DNA of 64,000 nt from Candidatus Thorarchaeota archaeon (lineage in GTDB: Archaea > Asgardarchaeota > Thorarchaeia > Thorarchaeales > Thorarchaeaceae). Location of the stretch: contig JBHLQM010000009.1 of NCBI GenBank assembly GCA_048884785.1, positions 1-64,000 on the forward strand, read 5' to 3'. A program made the translations under genes and the position numbers. The notes beneath the pieces were generated by a model that was not told where the DNA came from, did no database searches, and was given only the letters and a program-made list of their open reading frames with translations. The first letter of the stretch is position 1, and each line of letters opens with the position of its first letter. Shown here piece after piece: positions 37,369-47,781 of the stretch.

Positions 37369-38514
37369 CTAGCCTACCTCCTTAACCAACTCGACTACCC
37401 TTGATGCAGCTTCTTCCATTGTCTTGACGAATGGAATTCCCGCCTTTGTCAGGATTTCCTGCCCTTGCTTCTCGTTTGTGCCGACCATTCTGATAACCAT
37501 CGGGACGTCAATCCCCTTTTCGTCCCTTACCGCCACGATGCCATTTGCCACATCATCACACCTAGTGATGCCTCCCATGATATTGACCAATATCGCTTTC
37601 ACTTTATCATACATCAGTGCGATTTCTATTCCTTTCTGAACGCGTTCTTTATCAGACCCTCCTCCAAGATCCAAGAATGTACTGGCCTTTCCCCCATAAA
37701 GTGAAACTGCATCAAGTGTTGCCATTGTGAGACCTGCGCCATTGCAGATACATGCAATATCCCCATCTAGCTCAACATAAGCCATCCCCTCTGAATTTGC
37801 CATCCTCTCGCGTTCGTTTTGATCTAGAGGTGCTCTTTGTATTTTGGCTATGATATCCTTGTGTCTGTATAAGGCGCTGTCATCAATATTCAGACGGGCA
37901 TCAGCAGCCAAGAAGCGTCCATCCTTTGTCAAAATCAATGGATTAATTTCAGTGAGTTCAACATCGTACTTCTCCACAATATTCCAGAGAGTCATAAAGA
38001 AACTGCCCAATTTACTGATGTCCTTCCCATTGAATCCCATAGCAATTGCCATCTCCCTGGATTCATAGGGTTGAAACCCTAATGCAGGATCAATATAGCG
38101 TTTGATAATCTTCTCTGGACTTGTTTCAGCCAATTCCTCAATTGACATTCCCCCAGCTGCACTTCCAATGATTACATACTTCCGTTCGTTTCGATCCACG
38201 GTGATGCCGGCATAGATTTCTTGTGCAATGTCAAGCTTCTCCTCGACCAATACAGATTCAACCGGAAGTCCGTTTATTCTCATTGCAAGAATTTCTTTAG
38301 CGTGTGCTGCTGCATCCTTTGGTGTATCAGCGAATTTCACACCACCTGCTTTTCCTCGTTTCCCTGCAAGGACTTGTGCCTTTACTACAACTGGTTTTCC
38401 GACTTCCTCAGCACGCTTTCTTGCCTCTTCAGGAGTGTTAGCTACGCCTCCAGGAGGAGTCGGCATACCAAAGGCTCGGAATATCTCCTTAGCTTCATGC
38501 TCGAATAGCTTCAT
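37369..38514 (-). CDS. sucC: succinate--CoA ligase beta subunit
   Basis: MKLFEHEAK, KAQVLAGKRGKAGGV, EINPL, NGAGLTMAT.D, GGITRCD. Confidence 0.97.
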   Translation of the reverse strand: MKLFEHEAKEIFRAFGMPTPPGGVANTPEEARKRAEEVGKPVVVKAQVLAGKRGKAGGVKFADTPKDAAAHAKEILAMRINGLPVESVLVEEKLDIAQEIYAGITVDRNERKYVIIGSAAGGMSIEELAETSPEKIIKRYIDPALGFQPYESREMAIAMGFNGKDISKLGSFFMTLWNIVEKYDVELTEINPLILTKDGRFLAADARLNIDDSALYRHKDIIAKIQRAPLDQNERERMANSEGMAYVELDGDIACICNGAGLTMATLDAVSLYGGKASTFLDLGGGSDKERVQKGIEIALMYDKVKAILVNIMGGITRCDDVANGIVAVRDEKGIDVPMVIRMVGTNEKQGQEILTKAGIPFVKTMEEAASRVVELVKEVG

Positions 38515-38595
38515 GGCTCATTCCCTCTGGTTGATGGGGAGTTGATGATATGACTCCCAAACTCGAAGCGTCACCACGGCACCCACATAAAAAGG

Positions 38596-40809
38596 TTAAC
38601 TGAAGCCGCTAATTAAGAAATCAAGTCGCTGATTCATGTGTTTTATCTCACTAATGAGAGAATGCTGATCCTTTCCAACAAGACCCGAGAGGATGGTGTT
38701 TAGGTATTGAATCTCCTCTAAACAGTTTTCTATCACTCCGGGGCTATCCACGGCACAGTACTCCATATTTTTCACCAATCCTGGGGCCGTTTCGTCTATG
38801 ACCCTTTTCCATACATCACTTGGAATATCCGTCCTTATTGTTACAAGCTCCAAGAGAATATCGCGAAGCTTTGAGTCTTTTTTCGAGAGTGCTTTCTTGA
38901 CTCTCTTTGCATAACTTACAGGTATTCCCAACATTGCTACTGTTTTTCCGGATTCGGTGCAATCAATATCTCTGTTCTCTCTGAACACCAAACCTTCTCG
39001 CTCAAGGTCTTCCAAAATCTCCAAACCACGTAGAGATTGGTCAATTACTGCCACGGCATATTGCGCAATGCCTTCCTTTTGGATTGCAACATTAATGAAT
39101 TTCACAAGATGTTTACATAATCTATGTCTGCGGATTCCCTGAAATTTCCATGATTCACAGGTGCAAGATACACCTTCCTTCGCCCGTAGAATCACATGGT
39201 GCCAGAGGTCCCTCGATGCGCTGTGAATGAGTCCCTCTACTTTCTGAGGAGTGACTGAAACCAATCTGACACTTGAGTCTTCAATCTCTGCTGCTCGAGC
39301 GATTACTGATTTAGTTGCTCGATTTGATATGTACAATCGAGTTGCCGCAATTGGGTCCTTAATGCTTTGGTTATTTGCCAAGCTCTCGTGGCTCTTAGTT
39401 GCTGCCCAATAAGTTCTACTTAGGATAGAAAATGAATCTTCGCCTTTGATATCCGAAACACACAACTGTCCTAGAACAAGGTCTTGAACAGCCTCTGAAT
39501 CATCCATGTTGCTATCAACCTCCCCTAGGCGAGGTATGATACTGCCATCTTGTTCTCTGACAAAGTATTTTAAAATCACTCTCTGTCGTTCGTCTTCATT
39601 TCCAACTACAACAATCCCAAATGCATCACTATCAATTCCACTTCTGCCAGCCGAGTGAAGCACATCACTGAGTTCCCATTCAGAGAGCAAAGTAAGGTTC
39701 TCTTCTGAATCCTCCTCCTGTTTTTTATCTTCCATATACACACCCATCAGAAATACTGATGATGCCTTTAGTCCACTTGAAATTGCAAATCTTGTTGGCA
39801 TAACAATAACTGGAAGTAATCCATCCTCCCATGCATGGGAGATCATTCTTCTTTGTGCCCTTGATACTCCCTCATGAAAGAAAGACACGCCTTTTGGTAG
39901 TACTTTGCCTAGGAGAATGCTTAGCTCACATGTTGGATATTTCATTCTCACCCGCTGTGAAAGTTCTCGAAGTTCATCCTGATGGCCAAGGGTCAGATTG
40001 AGGTTCAGCTTGGTTTTTCCCTCTACTTTAATTCCTGACAGTATCGACGCCAGTTTCTCAGACTCCTTTGCACTGGCGCACAGAATCATGACCTGTCCTC
40101 TCTTTCTATGAACATATTCTGTCAAATCTGAGAGTGATTCATTTACATCTTCAAATGCACGAACCCCATATATCCTTCTAACATCGGCTTTTCTATCTTC
40201 AATAATCTCTGATTTCAACCAAGTCGAGAGCTCTTTGATGTCAGCTACAGGGGGGCAAATCGAAATGTACTGGATATCACTCGACAATCCTTTCAATGCA
40301 ACAAGTATTGATTCCAGAGTTGCTCCAATATCTGGTTGTCCAATAAGATCTAGTCTGTCAATAAGGACGCACTGGAGGCCTTCCAGAATCTCTGGATGTG
40401 TTTGGAGAGATATGCCAAGAGCTCTAATTGTTGCTACAATAACGCGGCCAATTCTCAAGTCAGGATCAGTGGCGAATCGCCTACGGATAATGGAGGTTGT
40501 TTCAACTCCCAAGCGTGTGCCTCCTTGACTTATAGAATGAAATACCTTCTCTGCACGGTGTGGATTTGGACATAATACTAGGACCCTTGCCCGAGAGTCC
40601 GAAGTCACCGTGTTAAGCACTGCAATCTCCGCGATATCGTATGCTTCCTCATAATCGTATGTCATGAGGATTTTACTCATGCGCCTGAGTATCCCTTTAT
40701 TCACCGCCTCAGCTTGAAACTTGCTCAGACTTGCAAAACCTTGTCTACGTAGAAGCTCAAGTAAACGCGGTGATGCCTGTGCTAGTTCCAGTTCTCTGAG
40801 GGTACCCAT
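38596..40809 (-). CDS. degenerate (ATPase-dead) Hel308/Ski2-like helicase with SWIM zinc finger
   Basis: Hel308-collinear sequence (GF..L...QAEAV, GATLE.IL, ELS.WL, GVSFFH.G, SAGR) but no GKT or DExH. SWIM motif CTCESW...LCKHL. Likely start at ATG 40809. Confidence 0.85.
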   Translation of the reverse strand: MGTLRELELAQASPRLLELLRRQGFASLSKFQAEAVNKGILRRMSKILMTYDYEEAYDIAEIAVLNTVTSDSRARVLVLCPNPHRAEKVFHSISQGGTRLGVETTSIIRRRFATDPDLRIGRVIVATIRALGISLQTHPEILEGLQCVLIDRLDLIGQPDIGATLESILVALKGLSSDIQYISICPPVADIKELSTWLKSEIIEDRKADVRRIYGVRAFEDVNESLSDLTEYVHRKRGQVMILCASAKESEKLASILSGIKVEGKTKLNLNLTLGHQDELRELSQRVRMKYPTCELSILLGKVLPKGVSFFHEGVSRAQRRMISHAWEDGLLPVIVMPTRFAISSGLKASSVFLMGVYMEDKKQEEDSEENLTLLSEWELSDVLHSAGRSGIDSDAFGIVVVGNEDERQRVILKYFVREQDGSIIPRLGEVDSNMDDSEAVQDLVLGQLCVSDIKGEDSFSILSRTYWAATKSHESLANNQSIKDPIAATRLYISNRATKSVIARAAEIEDSSVRLVSVTPQKVEGLIHSASRDLWHHVILRAKEGVSCTCESWKFQGIRRHRLCKHLVKFINVAIQKEGIAQYAVAVIDQSLRGLEILEDLEREGLVFRENRDIDCTESGKTVAMLGIPVSYAKRVKKALSKKDSKLRDILLELVTIRTDIPSDVWKRVIDETAPGLVKNMEYCAVDSPGVIENCLEEIQYLNTILSGLVGKDQHSLISEIKHMNQRLDFLISGFS

Positions 40810-41121
40810 CCCTGTGTCGCTCCACTCCAGAATGCGCAATTTCACTTTTAGCGTATTGTATTTCATAATACTGGACTATTTTTGGACAAGCTGATTGATA
40901 ATTAATAGGGCTAGTAAATAAATAGACATGATTATTTGTCACATATAGTAAAGGTCAATTAGAGATAATTAGGCCAGCAAGATGAATCTTGGACGAATGC
41001 TATGCTTTTGAAATAGTACTCTCAGCATTATGTCCATGATACACTGGTACAAAAACGATGGAATGCATCCATCATATGTATAACAGACCTCGGCAGGCAT
41101 CAATTCCCTGTCGCAAGAGGA

Positions 41122-41871
41122 TTGGAAGTAATGGCTTTCGTAGCAACAAAAGATAGCAGTTTCAAGGTAATTCTGAAAGATGGATTCAAGATTAAACCCG
41201 ATTCAGTATTCATATGTGGCTTTCATGGACTGGGTGAGGTTGGCTTCCTCAGCACGGCTCATCTAACCAAGACACTTGAAGCAGAACGAGTTGGATTCAT
41301 CAAGAGTGATATGCTCCCTCTCTTTGTGTCAATGGAGAATGAGCGCTTAATTCTGCCATTTGAGATATACTCATACAGTAAGAAGAATATGATTTTCTTC
41401 GTGCCCAGATTCCAGCCGCACCAGAGTGAACAATGGAGCTTCATTGAACGACTGGCTGCATGGATCAGTGAACAGAAGTTCGGCGAGATTCTTCTTCTTG
41501 GAGGGCTTGATGCGAGTTTCAAAGAGGACGAAGAAGAGATGCGCTGTGTCCCGACTAATGCATACAAAGACAAGCTCGAGAAATGGTCAGTAAAATTACT
41601 GGAGGAAGGTCTGTTCGTTGCAGGCCCATTGGCTCTACTTCTAGCTGAGCTTGAGATTCTCGAAGCACCAGGCATTGGTCTACTAACATACGCCACTAGA
41701 GGTCGACCTGACCCTCGCTCGGCGGCTACAATGCTTGAGAAAATCAACGAGGTGTATGGAGTCACAGCCAATGTTGATCAATTGATTGAAGAAAGCAAAG
41801 AGATTGAGCGCCTTGAGAAGATGAGAAAATCAATTGAGGCTGATACAGATCCTTCTCAGATGTACCTCTAG
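41122..41871 (+). CDS. PAC2 family proteasome assembly chaperone
   Basis: GFHGLGEVG, LLLGGL, AGPLALLL, PDPRSAA, L.EE...IE, and a C-terminal MYL (HbYX-type) tail. Confidence 0.9.
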   Translation: MEVMAFVATKDSSFKVILKDGFKIKPDSVFICGFHGLGEVGFLSTAHLTKTLEAERVGFIKSDMLPLFVSMENERLILPFEIYSYSKKNMIFFVPRFQPHQSEQWSFIERLAAWISEQKFGEILLLGGLDASFKEDEEEMRCVPTNAYKDKLEKWSVKLLEEGLFVAGPLALLLAELEILEAPGIGLLTYATRGRPDPRSAATMLEKINEVYGVTANVDQLIEESKEIERLEKMRKSIEADTDPSQMYL

Positions 41872-41889
41872 AATTGTATGATCTGGTTG

Positions 41890-42432
41890 TCATCCCATAC
41901 GGCGGATATACCATCCAATGTCAATGAGGTTCTTGGCGACCAGCTTCTCTCTTCCTATTCGATTCTTCATGAATCCATCAACAACTAGCATTGCTAATCC
42001 TATTACATTCCCGCGTTCATCCTGTACTATCACTCTCTGCCCTCTCTTAAGAGATGGTTTTAGACTAACAACTCCTTCTTTCAGGATGCTTCTGCCGTAA
42101 GTGAATAATTCAGCACCTTGCTTGCTGACAACTATGATGTTCTCTGTGACTCCCGCCAGTTTGCTGAGAATTGGAAGACTTAGTCTAAGTTTTCCTTTCT
42201 TCAAAGTTCCTACCCACAGACCAACTAGTCGTATATCAAAGTCTTCAAGGTCTTCAGAGATTAATCCGGTCCATTGCGCAGGCATCAGGTAGAAAGATTT
42301 TCCCTCTTTATCCCCGATGGTAATAGGAACCAGATTATCCAGCAGAGATTTGGTTACGCCTGCTCCAAAGTCTCTATCTATATCTGCCTGAATTTCATTC
42401 CATACCATCGGGTCAACAAGTTCCGGCTTCAT
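41890..42432 (-). CDS. NIP7-like PUA-domain ribosome biogenesis protein
   Basis: GLWVG, AELFTYGRSI, V.V.D..G..IG, DIGWYIRR. Confidence 0.82.
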   Translation of the reverse strand: MKPELVDPMVWNEIQADIDRDFGAGVTKSLLDNLVPITIGDKEGKSFYLMPAQWTGLISEDLEDFDIRLVGLWVGTLKKGKLRLSLPILSKLAGVTENIIVVSKQGAELFTYGRSILKEGVVSLKPSLKRGQRVIVQDERGNVIGLAMLVVDGFMKNRIGREKLVAKNLIDIGWYIRRMG

Positions 42433-42478
42433 CGTTGCATACTACCAATAATCTTTGCTTATTAGATGTCCCATTCTT

Positions 42479-44122
42479 CTAGCCTTCTGACCTAGTGAGC
42501 CGTATTGATCCTATGAAGAGGACTACTGGTCCAATAATTAAGACGGGCAGAGCAGCTGTGAGACTTCCTAACAAAAAACTTTCAATGAAGATTCCTGAAC
42601 TGAACTCAATTATGAACCCAACTAGGATTGCAAACATAGAGATTAGCAGTGTTGCTATTGCATTCATATGGAATGCTGAGCTCTTTGTATCTTCATATGC
42701 TGGATTCAGGCATGTAATCCCGATGGCAACAAGTATTGTACTGCTCAGTACAAGATATGCGTGAATCATCATTATTCCTGCCTCAGCAATCTGGAATGAG
42801 AGAATCGTCGAGAGAATCACTACAGGGATTAGTACTATCGGGATGGCAAAGAAAAGGGCACTGATGACTCTGCCAGCCAAGAATTTCGATACGCCTCGAT
42901 ATGAGCTCTTAATAATCCATAGATGGTCCTTTGATTCTAAGAACCCAATGCCCCCAAATGTAAGTCCTCCTAACATCCCCAAAAACATACTGATAAAGAA
43001 TGAAGTGAATACAACAAGATATAGTGCATCCTGAGTATTTCTAAGACTAGAATAGCTAATCATTAGGGGTACTATGATCGATAACACGATTGCATAAACT
43101 ACCTTTGATGTGTTCTGCGCCTTCCTCCCAAAGTCCTTCATCAGCATTACAATCAGAACACCTGCTGAACCAGGTGCAACGCGTCTTATAGCACGAAGGA
43201 AAGCGTTCTCTCTCCCGGTCGTTGTAACTGTTTCTGTTCGAGCTCCAGATTCCAGACTAAAAATCCTGTCCGGCGTCACAAATCCGAGAACCATGACCAC
43301 TACGGCAAATATAGCAACAAGGGCAATATCTGACTCTATACCAAACTCTAGAATCTCCTCAAATATCGTGATGGCTTGAGAAGGAAGATCTATCCCATTA
43401 AAGTAAATGGTTATCCAAGTGACCAGGTCTGCTGCCCATGTCGATGGTAATAACAGAAAAACACTCAATCCTAATATCTGTGCGAATGTTTCAGCGAAAT
43501 ATATCAACCCATAAAGCGGCAGGAGGAATACAAGAACCACAACAAGACCCATAGCCTTTGCTATGTCATTTCCTCGAGCAGAGGTTCCGAGCTTTGCTTG
43601 AATTGCTGTACTAATCACTGTTGAAAGGAGAAGCGTAGCCAATACAAAGACTGCAATTACAACGTAGATAATCATTTGACCTATAATTGAAACTTCATAG
43701 AGAATAAGAAATGGTGAAACTAAAAGTGGTGCCATGAAGAGGACCAGAAGGCTATAGGATGGTATTCTCCCTAAGAACATCCCCAATAGCATATCACGAG
43801 TACTAACATTGTTGCTGAGCATTACCTCCCATTGACCTATCTTTACTTCCTGCAGAGCATATGTTATCGGATAGACCAACACCATTGTCCATAGAATGAG
43901 AATAAGTGACCTCATTACTCCCGGAAACGCCACTTGTAATAACTGTTGGACTTGTAGCGAAAACAAATCTAAAATCCCTATCATTATTGAAGGTGCCAGA
44001 AAGAATGCCCAAAATATCACAAAGAGAACCAGCAATAATGAAACATGATAGCGTCTTCTTCTGAACCTTGAGGTTGTGACAAGAAGCTCTGCTTTTGCAA
44101 TGGCCATCCATGCCCTTGGCAC
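42479..44122 (-). CDS. ABC exporter permease (multi-TM)
   Basis: 547 aa with ~12-13 TM segments; abuts the ABC ATPase gene. Confidence 0.8.
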   Translation of the reverse strand: MPRAWMAIAKAELLVTTSRFRRRRYHVSLLLVLFVIFWAFFLAPSIMIGILDLFSLQVQQLLQVAFPGVMRSLILILWTMVLVYPITYALQEVKIGQWEVMLSNNVSTRDMLLGMFLGRIPSYSLLVLFMAPLLVSPFLILYEVSIIGQMIIYVVIAVFVLATLLLSTVISTAIQAKLGTSARGNDIAKAMGLVVVLVFLLPLYGLIYFAETFAQILGLSVFLLLPSTWAADLVTWITIYFNGIDLPSQAITIFEEILEFGIESDIALVAIFAVVVMVLGFVTPDRIFSLESGARTETVTTTGRENAFLRAIRRVAPGSAGVLIVMLMKDFGRKAQNTSKVVYAIVLSIIVPLMISYSSLRNTQDALYLVVFTSFFISMFLGMLGGLTFGGIGFLESKDHLWIIKSSYRGVSKFLAGRVISALFFAIPIVLIPVVILSTILSFQIAEAGIMMIHAYLVLSSTILVAIGITCLNPAYEDTKSSAFHMNAIATLLISMFAILVGFIIEFSSGIFIESFLLGSLTAALPVLIIGPVVLFIGSIRLTRSEG

Positions 44123-44931
44123 TAATCCTCCCTCCAGCTCAAGAGGGTACTACGATCAACCTTACCACCAACTAGTTTCAGGTATGCGTCTTCTAAGTCT
44201 TTGGCATTGATTTTATTGACAATATCTTGGGGTGTGTCAAGTACAACCAACTTGCCTTCATTAAGGATTCCAATAATCTCGCAGACATCTTCTGCAAAGT
44301 CAATCATATGAGTACAGATGAAGAATGTAGTGTCCACTTCTTCAGCCATAGCTAAGATGAGTTCTTTTACAAGTGCACTTGCGGCTGGATCGAGTCGAGA
44401 GGTTGGCTCATCGAGAAAGACCAGCCGTGGCTCATGGATAAGTGTGGATGCAACCAGTACCTTCTGTTTCATTCCAGAACTGTAGCTCTCTAGAAGATCG
44501 TTTTGTCTTCCCTCGAGCCCCAAGAGTCCGAGGAGTTTGTCAATTCTATTATTCAGGATTTTGCCACTGAGGTCATTCAAAGCTCCGATGAATTCCAGGA
44601 ACTCTACTGCAGATAATTTCGAGTAAAGACCTGGGGTTTCAGGAAGTAATCCTGTCGCAGCTTTGATATCCTCTCTATTAGTATTGATATCATACCCACA
44701 GACTGTGGCGTGTCCAGATGTTTGTTTCAACAGGCCTGAGAGAATACGTACAGTTGTGGTCTTACCAGCACCATTGGGACCTAGATATCCGAATATCGTT
44801 CCTGATGAAACATCAAGATTCAAATCAATTAGGGCATCAATTGATCCAAATCTCTTCGTTAGTCCTTTTGTCCTAATCATTACATCATCTTTAGTCAATC
44901 CTATCCCCCTGGGTCGAACTATGTGAAACAC
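44122..44931 (-). CDS. ABC transporter ATP-binding protein
   Basis: GPNGAGKTT, YSSGMKQK, FLDEPT, H-loop CTH. Confidence 0.96.
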   Translation of the reverse strand: MFHIVRPRGIGLTKDDVMIRTKGLTKRFGSIDALIDLNLDVSSGTIFGYLGPNGAGKTTTVRILSGLLKQTSGHATVCGYDINTNREDIKAATGLLPETPGLYSKLSAVEFLEFIGALNDLSGKILNNRIDKLLGLLGLEGRQNDLLESYSSGMKQKVLVASTLIHEPRLVFLDEPTSRLDPAASALVKELILAMAEEVDTTFFICTHMIDFAEDVCEIIGILNEGKLVVLDTPQDIVNKINAKDLEDAYLKLVGGKVDRSTLLSWRED

Positions 44932-44958
44932 GCTATTCTCGAGTAATATGGTTGGTGG

Positions 44959-45930
44959 TTAATGTATCTTTGACAATTTGCAAATGAAGAATCCTTCAGT
45001 GCCATGTAGATGCGGAAGAAATCGTCTTGATAGAGTGAGTGAATCGTCCAATTCTACGCCATAGGGGGTTGCGTATCCTTCGCTTCCAAATTCCATTTCG
45101 ATAGGTTCAATGACCATATTCGGATGTCTTTTCAAAATGCCATCTACAATGTATTCGTTTTCTTCTGGAGCAATTGAACATGTAGAATACACCAGATGCC
45201 CCCCTGGGGAGAGCTTTCTGACTGCTGCATCAAGTAGTTCATCCTCCCTTGTTGCACAATAATGAATATCTGCCATCGATTTGCTTGTTTTTCGAGTAGG
45301 ATCAAGAGGAATTAGTCCTTCTCCAGAACACGGTGCATCTAGCAGAATTCTATCAGGATTGACACTGATGCTCTCAATCTTTTTTGCATCTCCCCTCAGA
45401 ACAACACAATTCGTGACTCCACACCTCAAGATATTACTCTGCAGACTCTCGATTCGAAGCCGATCCTGTTCAACTGAAATAACCAGTCCTGTGTTCTCCA
45501 TGAGCTGAGATATATGAGTGGTCTTTCCCCCGGGAGCCGAAGCCAAGTCTACTACAGTTTCGTTTCTCTTTGGACCCAGTACCTCAACTACAGTCATTGA
45601 TGGAACCCCTTGAACGTAATAATATCCCATCATGTGTTCCAACAATGCTCCGGGAGAATAATCTTTGAAGTCTGCATAATATCCAGTCTTCAGCCATGGT
45701 ACTTTCTCTAGAGTAACACCTTTTTGTTCCAGAGATTTGATAGTATTAGCTGGCGGATTTCTCAATTCATTCATTCGAATCGAGGTTCGGATAGGCTTTT
45801 CGCACGCCCTGATGAAATCGATGGTCTCCTTCTCTCCCCAAAGAGTGAGATACCGCTCAATCATATATTGAAGATAGCCATATTCAGCTGAAATCTCCTT
45901 GGCTTTCTGTTTCAAATCTCTTCGAGACAT
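44959..45930 (-). CDS. RsmB/NOP2 family RNA m5C methyltransferase
   Basis: DLASAPGGKTT, ILLDAPCSGEG, VYSTCS..PEENE, HGTEGFF. Confidence 0.96.
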   Translation of the reverse strand: MSRRDLKQKAKEISAEYGYLQYMIERYLTLWGEKETIDFIRACEKPIRTSIRMNELRNPPANTIKSLEQKGVTLEKVPWLKTGYYADFKDYSPGALLEHMMGYYYVQGVPSMTVVEVLGPKRNETVVDLASAPGGKTTHISQLMENTGLVISVEQDRLRIESLQSNILRCGVTNCVVLRGDAKKIESISVNPDRILLDAPCSGEGLIPLDPTRKTSKSMADIHYCATREDELLDAAVRKLSPGGHLVYSTCSIAPEENEYIVDGILKRHPNMVIEPIEMEFGSEGYATPYGVELDDSLTLSRRFLPHLHGTEGFFICKLSKIH

Positions 45931-45951
45931 TGCATAACCTCTTTTATCCCA

Positions 45952-46404
45952 TCACTTACCAATGTCCTCATTCCATAGCTCAGGATGCTCCCTGATGAAG
46001 GCAGTCATTAGATTATTGCACTCCTCATTATCAAGGACACTGACATCTGTTCCTCGAACTCTAAGATAGTCCTCAGGCCCTTGAAAAGTCCTGTTCTCTC
46101 CTATAACCAGCTTCGGTATTCCATATAGGAGAATAGCTCCACTACACATATCGCAGGGCGAAAGGGTGGAATAGATTACAGACCTCTTATACTGCTCAGC
46201 TGTAAGTCTTCCTGCATTTTCGATGCAATCCATTTCTGCGTGCAGAATCGCACTTCCTTCCTGCACTCTTTTGTTGTGCCCGCGCCCAATGATTTGCCCA
46301 TCCAAAACCAGGACGGATCCAATAGGAATTCCTCCCTCTAGCAGACCCGCCCTTGCTTCTTCAATTGCTGCCTTCATAAAAGAATCATGTGAATCTCTAC
46401 TCAC
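45952..46404 (-). CDS. cytosine deaminase of the Fcy1-like CDA fold
   Basis: GGIPIG, HAE, TLSPCDMC, C-terminal LWNEDIG. Confidence 0.88.
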   Translation of the reverse strand: MSRDSHDSFMKAAIEEARAGLLEGGIPIGSVLVLDGQIIGRGHNKRVQEGSAILHAEMDCIENAGRLTAEQYKRSVIYSTLSPCDMCSGAILLYGIPKLVIGENRTFQGPEDYLRVRGTDVSVLDNEECNNLMTAFIREHPELWNEDIGK

Positions 46405-47674
46405 TCTCTGGATCCTCCTCTAACGCTGCAATGAGTTCACTGAGTATTGGCGATATGACTGAAACCTTGGATGTCAAACGGTCTGGTGTTGCTAGGTCTT
46501 TGAACCCTGAACCAGTGATGGGCACGACCACATGGTCCGTTTTATCAATAATTCCCGCACCTAATAGCTCCTCTAGGCCTGCCATTGCTGCTACACCGCT
46601 TGGCTCTGCGAATACGCCCTCATGTTTTCCAAGAAGCATCAAGTGTTTCTCAATTGATTCATCCGAAACCGCCACAGCTTTTCCATTTGCAATATCCAAA
46701 TACTTCAGAGCCGCATCACCATCCCATGGGAATGGATCTGCCAATCCCCCTGCGACTGTTTCATTGGATCCCCAAGGTATAATTTCGAGTGGATTCTGTT
46801 TTTCATGGAATGCACGTACAATGGGTGCGCATCCCTCGGGCTGGACAACTACTGGTCGAGGTAGTTCATCAATCAATCCCATCTCCCTAAATTCCCACAG
46901 TCCTTTCATAGTTCCAGCCATGAGTCCGCCACTTCCAGTAGGAAAGAGTATCCAATCTGGAGGATTCCAACTCATTTGCTCTGCAAGTTCGTATCCCAAC
47001 GACTTGGTCCCTTCAAACTGGAACCCATTGAATGGACCAAAGGATGGTGTTGGTGTCCATCCAAGCTCATCACATGCAAGATGAAGAATCGTTGTTGTCG
47101 GGTCAACGCCGGGTTCAAGTTTTTTCACACGGAAGACCTTTGCTCCCAGTGTTCTAAGATGGATTAATTTCCCAGCTGGAGCATTTTCAGGAACAAATAC
47201 AACCGCTCTCAATCCCGCTCTCGCCGCATAAGTAGACATTGCAGCTGCAGCATTCCCTGATGAGGCTGCAGAAACCGTTGTTGCGCCATCTTCTTTTGCT
47301 CGGCTTACACCCACACATATTGGTCGGTCTTTGAAGGAACCTGAGGGATTTGCTGTTTCCAGTTTGAGAAAAAGATTTGAAACACCAATAATGGAAGCTA
47401 GACGCTGGCTCTTAACAAGGGCAGTATTTCCCTCTCCGAGAGTGATTATATTCCTACAATCTCTCAAAGGCATCAGTTCGAAATATTTCCAGATTCCGCC
47501 CCTTCGTTTCTCAAGTAGGTCCCTGGTCAGTATTTCTTTAATGGCTTCCAGATTGTGGATGATATCTATTCTGCCTCCGCATCCATCGTTTGGAGGCACA
47601 TTGTCCTCATCGTATTCCTTTCCACATTTTGCGCATTTGTAGTGTCTCTGTTCCGACACGGTTTCACCAGCCAT
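46397..47674 (-). CDS. thrC: threonine synthase
   Basis: TLGEGNT, NPSGSFKDR (PLP Lys), ASSGNAA, EGTKSL.YE, ITGSGFKD. Confidence 0.9.
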   Translation of the reverse strand: MAGETVSEQRHYKCAKCGKEYDEDNVPPNDGCGGRIDIIHNLEAIKEILTRDLLEKRRGGIWKYFELMPLRDCRNIITLGEGNTALVKSQRLASIIGVSNLFLKLETANPSGSFKDRPICVGVSRAKEDGATTVSAASSGNAAAAMSTYAARAGLRAVVFVPENAPAGKLIHLRTLGAKVFRVKKLEPGVDPTTTILHLACDELGWTPTPSFGPFNGFQFEGTKSLGYELAEQMSWNPPDWILFPTGSGGLMAGTMKGLWEFREMGLIDELPRPVVVQPEGCAPIVRAFHEKQNPLEIIPWGSNETVAGGLADPFPWDGDAALKYLDIANGKAVAVSDESIEKHLMLLGKHEGVFAEPSGVAAMAGLEELLGAGIIDKTDHVVVPITGSGFKDLATPDRLTSKVSVISPILSELIAALEEDPESE

Positions 47675-47781
47675 TTGATAGAAACCCGGTCCAGTTATGT
47701 TCGTTGCGCTCGGACTTCAACACATGGAAACATCTAACACTACCTTGCTATTAGGAGATACAGATTTTATTGACATGATTA

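Noticed and set aside
40810-41121. AT-rich intergenic region as a replication origin
   Set aside because: No ORB-like repeats and no adjacent cdc6/orc1; explained by divergent promoters.
46389-47084. Long antisense ORFs (also 128-691, 25010-25678, 41259-41771)
   Set aside because: They are shadows of well-supported genes on the opposite strand, with Ser-rich low-information translations.
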